NCBI GenBank assembly: GCA_963735595.1
Contig: CAVTLK010000001.1
Location: 832,001 to 896,000, forward strand
Reading direction: 5' to 3'
Source: an uncultured delta proteobacterium
GTDB taxonomy: Bacteria > Desulfobacterota > Zymogenia > Zymogenales > Zymogenaceae
DNA length: 64,000 bases
Position numbers and translations under genes: made by a program. Each line of letters starts with the position of its first letter. The first letter of the stretch is position 1. Below, one piece after another: positions 23,196 to 33,421 of the stretch. The notes beneath the pieces were generated by a model. That model saw only the letters and a program-made list of their open reading frames with translations. It was not told where the DNA came from and ran no database searches.

Positions 23196-24144
23196 TTATT
23201 GATACTTTTTTTGCGCCTCCCTGAGCGAGGCCATGTCCCCTACCGACAGCGTCCGCGACCGTATCGTCTATCCGCTTGATCAGGCCCGCCAACACCGTGC
23301 CCGGCCCCACCTCGACGAAATCCGTGACTCCGTTATCGATCATGGTGCGCACGCTCTGTTCCCATCTGACCGGCAGGACCAGCTGCTTGACCAGGAGTTC
23401 GGCAATCGCGTCCGCCCCGGGGTACGGCGCCGCCGTCACGTTCGAGACCACCGGTATCACCGGCTCGGCAAACGATATCCCCGCGAGCACCCCCTTCAGC
23501 TTTTCGGCCGCCCCTTGCATCAACGGACAGTGCGAGGGAACGCTGACCTTGAGGACGATAACGGCGCGGGCCCCGGACTCCTTTGCCCTCTTCTGGGCCC
23601 GCTCGACCGCAGCGCGGTGCCCCGAAATAACGATCTGCCCCGGGGCGTTGAAATTGGCCGCAGTCACGATCTCATCGGCCGTTGAGACTTCCGCGAGGAT
23701 TGGATCGAGCCGCCCCGCCTCCATGCCGATGACGGCCGCCATCGCCCCCTCCCCCTCGCCGACCGCCTCCTTCATGAACAACGCCCGTTTTCCAACGAGA
23801 CCGGCCGCCTGCCGAACCGGAAGCACTCCGGCCGCGACCAGCGCCGAGTATTCTCCCAGGCTGTGGCCGGCGGCGAACGCGGGCCTATGGTTGCTCCCTA
23901 TGCCGGCCTCACGGAGCGCCGCGAGGATCGCCGCCGAGAGGACGAGAATGGCAGGCTGCGTATTTTCCGTCTTTGAGAGCTCTTCAGGCGGTCCCTTCAG
24001 GATGAGCTTTCGGATATCTCTATGGAGCTCGTCCTCGGCCTCCTCAAAGACGAGTCGGGCCGCCTTGAAATCCGCGATGATATCGGCCCCCATTCCCACG
24101 GATTGGGAACCCTGGCCGGGAAACACCAGCGCAAAATGGGACAC
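23196..24144 (-). CDS. fabD: malonyl-CoA:ACP transacylase (apparent frameshift near 23257)
   Basis: FPGQGSQ, TQPA, GHSLGEY, PVRW, EVGPG; removing one base near 23257 restores ...VRTLSVGDMASLREAQKKYQ* ending at 23196. Confidence 0.9.
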
Positions 24145-24204
24145 CGTTTTCCCCCGATGAGTCTACCGCGGCGATGACGATCACGCCGCCGCCGTTGACG
24201 GCTG

Positions 24205-25150
24205 CTATTGTGTGATTCGCTCGCCCATGGCCCGGATGGTGCGTCGGGCCTGTTCCATGGTATCGTCGATGATCTCTTTGGCCGATCTCCTTACGGTGAC
24301 CAGTCCCGCGATCTGGCCCGCCATCACGGAGCCCTCTTCTACATCCCCTGCGACGGCCCGGGCCAGCGCGCCTTCGCCGAACCGCTGGATCTCTTCGGGG
24401 GAGGCCCCGCCCTTTTCCATGTCAAGGATCCTTCGGGCGAGCCTGTTCCTGATAATCCTGACCGGGTGTCCCGTGGACCTTCCCGTGACAATCGTATCCC
24501 GATCCCCGGCGCCGATGATTCGCTGTTTCCAGCGCTCATCACGTCACATTCGTCGGCCGTACAAAAGACGGTCCCCATCTGTATCCCTTCGGCCCCGAGG
24601 GCAGAGCGCCGAAGCCAAACCCCTTCCGTCCGCGATCCCCCCGGCCGCAATCACCGGTATCGAAACCGCACGGCTTACCATCGCGGTGAGCGCCATCGTC
24701 GTCAATTCGCCGACGTGCCCGCCGGACTCGTATCCCTCTGCGATGACGGCTGCCGCCCCCGCCCGTTCCAACCGCACCGCCAGGCTGACCGACGCAACGA
24801 CCGGAATAACGGTTAGGTCGCTGCCCTGAGCCTTTCTGATGATCGGACCGGCGTTTCCCGCCCCAACGGTAAGTACCGGCACGGCTTCACGGATCACGAC
24901 CGCCAGCTTCTCTTCGGCCAGGGGCACGGTGAGGATCAGGTTCACGCCGAAGGGACGAGACGTCAGCTTTCGGGTGCGCCCTATTTCGTCTTTGAGTTCA
25001 TCCGGACTCCATAAGCCCGGCGCCGATGATGCCAAGCCCACCGGCTTCACTTACGGCCGCCACAAGCGCCGCATGAGACACCCGCGCCATACCGCCCTGT
25101 AGGATCGGATAGGGAATGCCCAGCAGCGGCAGCAGCCTGGAGGAGATCAC
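24205..25150 (-). CDS. fabK: enoyl-ACP reductase FabK family, split by three apparent frameshifts (about 25010, 24605, 24540)
   Basis: Stitched frames give YPILQGGMA, SEAGGLGIIG, EGYESGGHVG, AAGGIADGRG, GIQMGT, GHPVR, AGQIAG. Confidence 0.8.
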
Positions 25151-25332
25151 TATTCTTCCTCGGCCTTGATAACCTCCCGGTTTTTATAGTAACCGCAGTG
25201 GGGACATACCTGGTGGGGGGCCTTGGCCTCTCCGCAGTTCGTACAAAGACTGCGTCCGGGCTCCACTAGTGCCTGGTGGGCCCGCCGTTTTCCTCTGCGT
25301 GCACGTGATATCTTTCTTTTAGGAAGAGCCAT
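25150..25332 (-). CDS. rpmF: 50S ribosomal protein L32
   Basis: MALPKRK..R, CTNC...[10 protein letters not shown]. Confidence 0.97.
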   Translation of the reverse strand: MALPKRKISRARRGKRRAHQALVEPGRSLCTNCGEAKAPHQVCPHCGYYKNREVIKAEEE

Positions 25333-25334
25333 GG

Positions 25335-25947
25335 TTATTTCCTCTGTTGCTTGATGGAGAGATTTTTCAACTTTTCAAACCGTATGTCGATCAATTCATC
25401 CCTGCAGCCGCAAATCCCGTCGTTGAGATTCTTGCCGCATCGGACGCACAGCCCCAGGCAGTCGTCATTGCAGAGCGGCTTGACGGGCAGGTTGAGGGAT
25501 ATCTGCTCAACGATAACTTGTCCGATATCGAACATATCCCCGTGAAAGAAATTAAGCTCGAGGTCCTCTCTCTTGAGCTCTATTTCCTTTCCGGCGACCG
25601 CCTCATGGGTAAATACGCTCTTAAACTGGATGTCAAGCTTCCTGTCAAACAGCTCGGTGCACCGGCTGCACGCCCGCCGCGCCTTCGTCAGAATGCGCCC
25701 GTCGACAATCAGGGTATCGTCGGTCCGTCTGAGATAAATCGTACCTTCGAAGCCCTCGGGAAAGGTGAGCTCCATTTCCCGGATAACGCCCAGCAGATCA
25801 TCCTGCCAGCCGGTCCCGTCGATAACCGTATGGATCTCCAGACGACTCGCTGCGCCCAGCCATTGCGGGAAATGCGCGTCGTCCGGGCATTTCGATGGAT
25901 ATTCCGCCCGAAGGGATTTCTCCGATCTTGAAAAGAAGGAAATCCAT
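25335..25947 (-). CDS. yceD: YceD/DUF177 protein (apparent frameshift near 25886)
   Basis: [22 protein letters not shown]; likely true N-terminus [20 protein letters not shown] from ATG 25947 lies in another frame. Confidence 0.85.
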
Positions 25948-25988
25948 ACCCCATACCCCACACCCTATACGCTATCCGCTATACGCTC
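25947..25988. repeat. degenerate heptamer tandem repeat (6 units)
   Basis: TACCCCA TACCCCA CACCCTA TACGCTA TCCGCTA TACGCTC. Confidence 0.65.
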
Positions 25989-26021
25989 TTATTTCTGCAG
26001 CATATTCAATAGATTTGGATA

Positions 26022-26050
26022 TATATAGCTAAACGCTTTTTCTTTGTCAA
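26022..26050 (-). promoter_or_regulatory. sigma70-type promoter of the yceD-rpmF-fab-rib superoperon
   Basis: Minus-strand TTGACA-17nt-TATATA. Confidence 0.65.
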
Positions 26051-26111
26051 GGAAATTTAAATAATTCGGTGCGCATGTCCCGTTTTCTGGCTCGTTTGGC
26101 GTGAAATTGGC

Positions 26112-26141
26112 TTGACAGGGCCTTCTCTTTTTACTTATAAT
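26112..26141 (+). promoter_or_regulatory. sigma70-type promoter of the tup/moe/moa operon
   Basis: TTGACA-18nt-TATAAT directly upstream of the riboswitch. Confidence 0.8.
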
Positions 26142-26151
26142 TATAAGATAA

Positions 26152-26296
26152 TTCTCCGATCCGCTTCACCTACGGTCTCAGGCCCATGCCACTGCCCTTA
26201 TAAGAACAAGAACGGCGGCAGGCACGGGGCACTACGGTGAGTGGACGATACGGTTCGGCGGGAAACGGCCGGGCCCTCCGTGTTTGAAAAGGAGAG
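26152..26296 (+). ncRNA. Moco-class riboswitch, P3-less (tungsten cofactor, Tuco/Wco) type
   Basis: CTCCGA...CACCTACGG...CTACGGTG; P2 CCGCTTCACC/GGTGAGTGG; P4 GGTTCGGC-GGGAAACG-GCCGGGCC; 3' CTCCGTGTTTGAAAAGGAG; lies upstream of tupBC-moe-moa. Confidence 0.8.
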
Positions 26297-26569
26297 TTGG
26301 ATAGAACGATTCGTCTACCGGCGTCACGAAGGCTCCCGCCTTCCTGATGCCCCGCCTACCGACTCCCTCGATAACAACTGTATCTGTCGGCGCATCGGAA
26401 CATCCCCGGAAAGGGTTTGTCCCGCCGTATTTCCATCGGCCCCGATGTGATACTAATTCTATCCCTATCCATGCAGGCGCATAAAGGGGAAGGGTCGCCG
26501 ACTAAACCGTCCAGGGACGGCCGGATCGAGATTAGTACTCTAGTGCGGTAACGGATATGAGGAGTCCAC

Positions 26570-27284
26570 GTGTTTAATTGAGACGCTGCGCTACATCACC
26601 GACGGGCTGGAGCAGGCCCTCGTCCTGATCGTTACGTTCGACCCGCAGGTATACGAGATCGTGGGGATCACCCTCTACTGTTCGCTGACGGCCACCCTCA
26701 TCGGGACGCTGTTCGCCCTGCCGACCGGCTTTTTAATCGGCGCCTACGACTTTAAGGGGAAGAACGGGCTCGTGACGCTCTTTTCCACCTTCATGGCGCT
26801 GCCGACGACCGTCGTGGGTCTCTGCGGATACGCGCTCCTTTCCAAGAGCGGTCCCCTCGGCTTTCTGGGCCTCCTGTTTACGCCCGGGGCGATCATCATC
26901 GGCGAGACGGTGCTCTGCTTTCCGATTATCGTCGCCTTTGCCATATCCACCACGCAGACGGTCAACCCCCTGGTACGGCAGACGGCCCTCACCCTCGGCG
27001 CCTCGCCCTTCCAGGCGTCCCTGGCGGTTTTCTTCGAGGGGAGGATCGGCTATCTGGTCTGCGTGGCCGCGGGATTTGCGCGCGTCATCGCGGAGGTGGG
27101 CGCGGCCATGATGCTGGGCGGCAACATCAAGGGACATACCCGGACGCTCACCACCGCCATCGCGCTGGAGACGGGCAAGGGGGAATTCTCCCTCGGCATG
27201 GCCCTCGGCATTATCCTGCTGATCCTGGCGCTCGCCGTCAACATTCCGATACAGCGCCTCAAGCGTATCGGGGACGTGTCATGA
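26570..27284 (+). CDS. tupB: tungstate ABC transporter permease (start uncertain; GTG at 26570 needs a 1-nt correction)
   Basis: YITDGLEQALVLIVTFDPQVYEI, MALPTTVVGL, EVGAAMMLGGNIKGHTRTLTTAIALET. Confidence 0.88.
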
Positions 27285-28308
27285 AGACCGATTACGCGAT
27301 CCAGATTACCGGCCTCACCAAGGCCTACGGTACGGGCACGGTCCTGGACATCGACAAACGCGCATTCGAGCGCGGGAAAATCTATGGGCTCGTGGGGCCG
27401 AACGGATCGGGAAAAAGCACGCTCCTTTCGATCCTGGCCCACCTTATCCCCCCCACGACCGGGACGATCCGCCTGTCCGGGGTCGATACCACCCTCATGC
27501 CCGCCCCCGAGACCAGGAGGCGCATCACCCTGGTCCATCAGGAGCCAGTGATGTTTCGCACAAGCGTGAGGAAAAACGTGTCGATGGGGCTCATCTACCG
27601 TGACGTACCCAAGCAGGAGCGGGAACAGCGGGTCGTGGAGGCCCTTCGCTCCGTCGGCATGGAGCACCTCGCCAGAAGGAACGCGCGTACGCTCTCGGGC
27701 GGCGAGACCAAGCGTGTCGCTGTCGCCCGGGCGCTGGCAATCTCCCCCGATATCCTGCTGTTGGACGAACCGACGGCAAATGTCGACGGTATCAACGCCG
27801 GCCGGATAGAGCAGATCATCAGGCACATAAACGAAAGCGCCGGCATGACGATTATCTTTTCCACCCATAACCTCAACCAGGCCTACCGCCTGTCCCACGA
27901 GGTCGTCACCCTCATGTACGGCAAGGCGCAGGGCACGTCGCTGGTGAATATCTTTTCGGGGGTCGTCCAAAAGGAAGATGGCGAGCCGGTTTTCGATACC
28001 GGCCGCGCGCGCATCAAGCTTCCGGTATTCGACGGTGACGTCCGGCAGATATCGGTGGATCCCAACGACATTATCATATCACGGCAACCCGTCTCCTCCA
28101 GCGCCCGTAACCATTTCTCGGGTCCAGATCATCGAAATGATAAGGGACGGCCGACGCGGTTACCGTCACGGTTCGGGCCGAGGAGGATTTCAGGATTACC
28201 GTCACCGAGCGCTCCATCAGGGAGATGGGGCTGTTTATCGGCGAAGACGTCTCCATTACATTTAAGGCGTCGTCGGTGGCGATGTATAACCCGCAGGGAC
28301 AGCAGTGA
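27281..28308 (+). CDS. tupC: tungstate ABC transporter ATPase with C-terminal TOBE domain (two apparent frameshifts at about 28122 and 28158)
   Basis: GPNGSGKST, LSGGE, LLLDEPTANVD; SSARN then TERSIREMGL..GEDV...FKASSV in shifted frames, ending at TGA 28308. Confidence 0.85.
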
Positions 28309-29555
28309 GAAAGGGCTTCCTCCAGCTGACGGCGGCCGGCGAGTTTGAGGCGATTCTCTCCCGCTGCGGCCGGACGACCGTCGCCGAGGTGATAGCGACC
28401 GCCGACGCCCTCGGAAGGGTGCCTGCCGCCGATATCATCGCCCCCGGGGATCTCCCCGAGTTTCGCCGTTCCACGGTCGACGGCTTTGCGGTCATAAGCG
28501 CCGATACCCACGGGGCGTCGGACTCCATCCCGCTCTACCTTGATCTGGCCGGCGATATCCCCGTCGGCACCGTCGCCGGGCGCCCGCTCAAATTGGGAGA
28601 GGCGATCCGGGTCGTGACAGGGGGAATGTTACCGGAGGGGTCGGATGCGGTGGTGATGATAGAGCACGCCGATCTCATCGACGAAAAGACGGTGGAGATC
28701 AGGCGCGCGGCCGCGCGTTTCGAGAACCTTGCCCAGGTCGGGGAGGACGTTACCCGCGGGGCAGTGGTCGTGCCGGCCGCCCGCCCCCTCAGGCCCTTTG
28801 ACATCGGGGCGCTGATGGGGCTGGGGATACTCGAGGTCGAGGTCTTCAAACGGCCCTCGGTCGCCGTCTTTTCGACCGGCGCCGAAGTAGTGGAGCCGGC
28901 CCAGGCCCCGCCACCGGGCAAGGTCCGCGATATCAACAAATACGCCGTCGCCGCGGGAGTACGGCAGGCCGGCGGGACCGTCACCCTCCTGCCGACCGTG
29001 ACCGACGACCGCGGGCTTTTGACCGAAATGATCGGGAAGAATGCGAAAAGCGCCGATATGGTGATCCTCTCCGGCGGCAGCTCCGTGGGGGGGATGGACT
29101 TTACGCTGGAGGCCATCAACGACAGCGGCAAACCGGGGGTGCTCGTACATGGGCTTGCCGTAAAGCCCGGAAAGCCGACCATCTTCGGGATGATCGGGGA
29201 CGTGCCGGTCGTCGGGCTTCCGGGGCATCCGGCGGGTGCGCTGGTGATCTTCACGGTCTTTATCGCCCCTCTTATCAGGAAAATCGGGGGAGAGCGGGAG
29301 AGCCGGCCCTTTACGCGGAGCGTGGCGGCGCACATCACCCGGAACGTCGCCGGGTCTCCCGGCAAGCACGTCTATGTCCCGGCGGCCCTTGAGTTCGGCG
29401 GGCCGGACGCCCCCCCGCGGGCGGTCCCGATTCTCGGCAAATCCGGGGCGGTATCGATCCTGACGAAAAGCGACGGGATCATCGTCATAGACCCAATGCG
29501 GGAGGGCATCGAAGCCGGGACGGTTGTCCAGGTGTATCTCTACGAGACGTCATGA
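28305..29555 (+). CDS. moeA: molybdopterin metal insertase MoeA
   Basis: RSTVDGFAV, TGGMLPEG.DAVVMIE, SGGSSVG, KPGKPT, GLPGHP. Confidence 0.95.
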   Translation: MRKGFLQLTAAGEFEAILSRCGRTTVAEVIATADALGRVPAADIIAPGDLPEFRRSTVDGFAVISADTHGASDSIPLYLDLAGDIPVGTVAGRPLKLGEAIRVVTGGMLPEGSDAVVMIEHADLIDEKTVEIRRAAARFENLAQVGEDVTRGAVVVPAARPLRPFDIGALMGLGILEVEVFKRPSVAVFSTGAEVVEPAQAPPPGKVRDINKYAVAAGVRQAGGTVTLLPTVTDDRGLLTEMIGKNAKSADMVILSGGSSVGGMDFTLEAINDSGKPGVLVHGLAVKPGKPTIFGMIGDVPVVGLPGHPAGALVIFTVFIAPLIRKIGGERESRPFTRSVAAHITRNVAGSPGKHVYVPAALEFGGPDAPPRAVPILGKSGAVSILTKSDGIIVIDPMREGIEAGTVVQVYLYETS

Positions 29556-31471
29556 AACGAAACATCTATCTCGAAAAACGATCGCTCTCCGAGGCCCTGG
29601 ATCTCTTTCTGGGCGCCTTCGACTTCGACACCCTCGTCAGCGAGGAAACGGTCAGGAGCGCCGAATCGTGCGGCCGAATCACCGCCCACCCCGTTTTCGC
29701 GCGCATATCGTCGCCCAATTTCAACGCCGCCGCGATGGACGGGATTGCCGTCCGGGCTCGTGACACCGAAGGGGCGACCGAGGCCTCTCCCCGGCTGCTG
29801 GCGGCCGGCACGGATTTCGTCCCCGTCAATACGGGAAACGAACTGCCCCCGGATCGGGACGCCGTCATTATGATCGAGGACGTCCATCCCGTCGACGAGA
29901 AGACCGTGGAGATTATCAAGGCGGCCGTTCCCTACCAGCACGTTCGGCCGATGGGAGAGGACACGGTGGCCACGGAGCTCGTGCTGCCCTCGCATCACGT
30001 CATACGCCCCTACGATATCGGCGCTCTGCTCGGGGCGGGGCACACGACGGTGGCGGCCAGGAGACTGCCGGGCGTCCTGCTCATCCCCACCGGCGACGAG
30101 CTGGTGCCCGACACCGAGACGGAGCTTCCCGAGGGGAAGGTCTATGAATCAAACAGCGCGGTTATCGCGGCGATGATCACCGCCGACGGCGGCAGAGCCG
30201 TCCGTCACGCAATCGTAAATGACGACTATAACTCCATTCGGAGCGCGGTGGCCGAGAACGTCGATCGCTTCGACCTTGTCATCATCCTTGCCGGCTCATC
30301 GGCGGGAACCCGGGACTACACGAGATCCGTTATCGAAGATCTCGGAGAAGTCTTCGTCCACGGGATTGCCATCATGCCCGGAAAGCCGACGATCCTGGGC
30401 GCACTCTCCGGCAAGCCGGTCGTGGGGCTGCCCGGGTATCCGGTCTCGGCGGTGATGACCTATCGGACGGTCGTCCGCCCCCTGATCGCCCGTATGCAGG
30501 GCCTGCCGGCGCCGAGAGACGAAACGGCCACGGCCGTCGTTCTCAGGGATATCCCCAAGGCGGTCGGCAACGACCTCTTCCTTCGGGTACAGATGGCCGA
30601 GATCGACGGGAGGCTGGTGGCCTCCCCCCTGCCCCGCGGCGCGGGAAATATCACCACGATGGTAAAGGCCGACGGGATAATAACCGTCGACTCCCTCTCC
30701 GAGGGGCTCAAATCGGGGGACACGGCGCGAGCCGTCCTCCTCAAGCCGAAAGAGGATATCGTAAACACGGTCATGGCCGTGGGAAGCCACGACGTCAGCC
30801 TTGACCTTCTGGCCGGCAGGCTCAGCGCCCTCTACCCCGCGTTCCGGCTCGTCTCGGTCAACGTCGGGAGCCTCGGGGGCATCATGGCCCTCAGGAACGG
30901 TGAATGCCACCTGGCCGGTTCCCACCTCCTGGACCCGGAGACCGGAGACTACAACATCCCGGCCGTCCGCCGTTACCTCAAGGGTATGGAGGTGTCGCTT
31001 ATCACGCTGGCCCACCGGGAGCAGGGCCTGATCGTCAGGAAGGGGAATCCCTCGGGGATCACGGGAGTTGCCGACCTGGCCCGGGACGGGATGGCCTTCG
31101 TCAACCGGCAGCGGGGCTCCGGCACTCGAATACTGCTGGATTACCTGCTCAAGAAGATGGACATCGACGGCAGCCGGATCGACGGCTACGGCCGCGAGGA
31201 ATTTACCCATCTCCTGGTGGCGGCCGCCGTCAAGAGCGGGCGGGCCGACGCCGGCCTCGGCATCAGGGCCGCGGCCCGGGCGCTCGATCTGGACTTCATC
31301 CCGATCGAACACGAACGGTATGACCTGATCATTCCCGCAAAACACCGTAACGACAAGAAAATCATGGCGGTGGTCAAGACCGTCTCCGACGAGCAATTTA
31401 AGCACGATACCCGTCTCTTGGGCGGCTACGATACCAAAGAGACCGGAAAGGAACGGATCATTGAAACCTGA
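29552..31471 (+). CDS. moeA: MoeA fused to periplasmic-binding-like (PBP/LysR substrate-binding) domain
   Basis: AAMDGIAV, GLPGYP; C-terminal GSHD, GSLGG, NRQRGSGTR. Confidence 0.93.
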   Translation: MKRNIYLEKRSLSEALDLFLGAFDFDTLVSEETVRSAESCGRITAHPVFARISSPNFNAAAMDGIAVRARDTEGATEASPRLLAAGTDFVPVNTGNELPPDRDAVIMIEDVHPVDEKTVEIIKAAVPYQHVRPMGEDTVATELVLPSHHVIRPYDIGALLGAGHTTVAARRLPGVLLIPTGDELVPDTETELPEGKVYESNSAVIAAMITADGGRAVRHAIVNDDYNSIRSAVAENVDRFDLVIILAGSSAGTRDYTRSVIEDLGEVFVHGIAIMPGKPTILGALSGKPVVGLPGYPVSAVMTYRTVVRPLIARMQGLPAPRDETATAVVLRDIPKAVGNDLFLRVQMAEIDGRLVASPLPRGAGNITTMVKADGIITVDSLSEGLKSGDTARAVLLKPKEDIVNTVMAVGSHDVSLDLLAGRLSALYPAFRLVSVNVGSLGGIMALRNGECHLAGSHLLDPETGDYNIPAVRRYLKGMEVSLITLAHREQGLIVRKGNPSGITGVADLARDGMAFVNRQRGSGTRILLDYLLKKMDIDGSRIDGYGREEFTHLLVAAAVKSGRADAGLGIRAAARALDLDFIPIEHERYDLIIPAKHRNDKKIMAVVKTVSDEQFKHDTRLLGGYDTKETGKERIIET

Positions 31472-31481
31472 AGAAACAACG

Positions 31482-32480
31482 ATGACGCACGCCGGCGGCC
31501 TCACCGACGGCTACGCCCGCACGATTGATTACCTGAGGATCTCGGTAACCGACCGCTGCAACCTGCGCTGCCGCTACTGCATGCCGGAAGAGGGAATACC
31601 CACGATCTCCCACGATAGTATCATGCGGTACGAGGAGATCACGCTTCTGGTCAGGGCCGCCGCCTCTATCGGCTTCACGAAGGTCCGCCTCACCGGGGGA
31701 GAGCCGCTGGTCAGGAGGGGCCTGACCGATCTCATCGAATCCATCGGTGCGGTCGAGGGCATATCCGATCTCTCTCTCACGACCAACGGCGTCCTCCTGG
31801 CCGAGGAGGCGCCCCGTCTCAAGGCGGCGGGGATCGGCAGAATCAACATCAGCCTCGATACGCTTAAGCCCGATCGATTCCTCGCCATCACGCGGCGCGA
31901 TCTCTTCGGCCGGGTGACCGCCGGGATCGACGCGGCGCTCGGCGCGGGGATGGACCCGGTTAAGATCAACGTCGTCGTCATGCGGGGGGTCAACGACGAT
32001 GAGATTATGGATTTCGCCCTGCTCACCAGAGACAGGCCGCTCGCCGTGCGCTTTATCGAATTTATGCCCATCACGGCCCAAAACGGGTGGGAGCCGGCCA
32101 AAGTAGTGCCGAGCGCGGAGGTATTGTCTCTGATACGAAAACGGTATACAATAGAACAAGAGGCAGAAACCCGCGGCGGCGGCCCGTCGACGGATTTGCG
32201 GATCGACGGTTTTGCCGGGACCGTCGGTTTCATTTCGCCGGTGTCCAGTCACTTCTGCGACCGGTGCAACCGGCTCAGGGTGACCGCGGATGGCAGAATC
32301 AGGGGTTGCCTCTTTTCCGATGACGAGTCGGCAATCCTGCCGATCCTGCGCGAGGGACGCCCCATCGAGGAGATCGCCGCTTTTCTGAAAGAAGCGGTAA
32401 CAAAAAAACCCCGGGCGCACGCCATAAACGACGGCCGCTTCAAAAGCTGCCAGCGGGCGATGTCGGCCATTGGAGGATAG
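31482..32480 (+). CDS. moaA: GTP 3',8-cyclase
   Basis: CNLRCRYC, TGGEP, FCDRCNRLR..DG...C, C-terminal IGG. Confidence 0.97.
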   Translation: MTHAGGLTDGYARTIDYLRISVTDRCNLRCRYCMPEEGIPTISHDSIMRYEEITLLVRAAASIGFTKVRLTGGEPLVRRGLTDLIESIGAVEGISDLSLTTNGVLLAEEAPRLKAAGIGRINISLDTLKPDRFLAITRRDLFGRVTAGIDAALGAGMDPVKINVVVMRGVNDDEIMDFALLTRDRPLAVRFIEFMPITAQNGWEPAKVVPSAEVLSLIRKRYTIEQEAETRGGGPSTDLRIDGFAGTVGFISPVSSHFCDRCNRLRVTADGRIRGCLFSDDESAILPILREGRPIEEIAAFLKEAVTKKPRAHAINDGRFKSCQRAMSAIGG

Positions 32481-32484
32481 CTGT

Positions 32485-32961
32485 ATGACGCTCTCCCATA
32501 CCGACGAATCGGGAAAGGCCAGGATGGTGGACGTCTCCGAGAAGGAGATCACCAAGAGGCGCGCGGTCGCGCGGGGCCGCGTCACGATGAAGCCGGAGAC
32601 GCTGGCGATGATACGCGAGAACCGGGTCAAGAAGGGGGACGTGCTGGCGACGGCGCGGATCGCCGCGATCATGGCGGCAAAAAGGACCGACGGCATCATC
32701 CCGCTCTGCCACCCGATACCAATCACCGATGTATCGGTCGATTTCGAGATTGACCAACCGGAGCCGTCGGTCGTGATCACGGTAACCGTATCGGCGATCT
32801 GGCGCACCGGCGTGGAGATGGAAGCGATCGTGGGGGTCCTCGCAGGCGCCGCCACCATCTACGACATGATCAAGGCCGCCGATCGCGCCGCCGTTATCAC
32901 CGACGTCGCCCTGATCGAAAAGACGGGCGGCAAGAGCGGAACCTACACGAGGGAGAAGTAA
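32485..32961 (+). CDS. moaC: cyclic pyranopterin monophosphate synthase
   Basis: MVDVS.K, IPLCHP, TGVEMEA, YDMIKA, KTGGKSG. Confidence 0.97.
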   Translation: MTLSHTDESGKARMVDVSEKEITKRRAVARGRVTMKPETLAMIRENRVKKGDVLATARIAAIMAAKRTDGIIPLCHPIPITDVSVDFEIDQPEPSVVITVTVSAIWRTGVEMEAIVGVLAGAATIYDMIKAADRAAVITDVALIEKTGGKSGTYTREK

Positions 32962-32962
32962 C

Positions 32963-33421
32963 ATGAGCGAGACCGGCAGGATCATCTCCGTCAATATATC
33001 GAAGACAACCGGCATAAAAAAGGACCCGATCTCCAGCGGAGAGCTCGTCAAGGAGCACGGCATCCGTAACGACGCCCATGCGGGCCCGTATCACCGCCAG
33101 ATCAGCCTCCTGGCCCAGGAAAGCATCAATTCGATGAGGGAAAAGGGAGCGGATGTTTCCCCGGGCAGCTTCGGCGAGAACCTGACCACCCAGGGAATCG
33201 ACCTGCCCCTGCTTCCCGTCGGCACGATCCTCACCACCACCGGGGGGGCATCACTTGAGGTGACGCAGATCGGCAAGGTCTGCCACGACCACTGTGCGAT
33301 CTATAAGGCCGTCGGTGACTGCGTCATGCCGCGGGAGGGCATCTTCGTCCGGGTGCTGGAGGGAGGGACGATCAGCCCCGGCGATACGATCACGGTTACC
33401 GGAAAGAGGCCGGACCGATGA
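32963..33421 (+). CDS. MOSC domain protein
   Basis: DAHAG..HRQISLL, FGEN, QIGKVCH..C.I....GDCVMPREG. Confidence 0.92.
   Translation: MSETGRIISVNISKTTGIKKDPISSGELVKEHGIRNDAHAGPYHRQISLLAQESINSMREKGADVSPGSFGENLTTQGIDLPLLPVGTILTTTGGASLEVTQIGKVCHDHCAIYKAVGDCVMPREGIFVRVLEGGTISPGDTITVTGKRPDR

Noticed and set aside
26241..26450. 69-aa ORF in the tup leader
   Set aside because: Overlaps the riboswitch core and shows no TupA-like features
26486..26545. Possible fluoride or other second riboswitch before tupB
   Set aside because: Only vague resemblance; the conserved GCTRATGAC-like 3' block is missing
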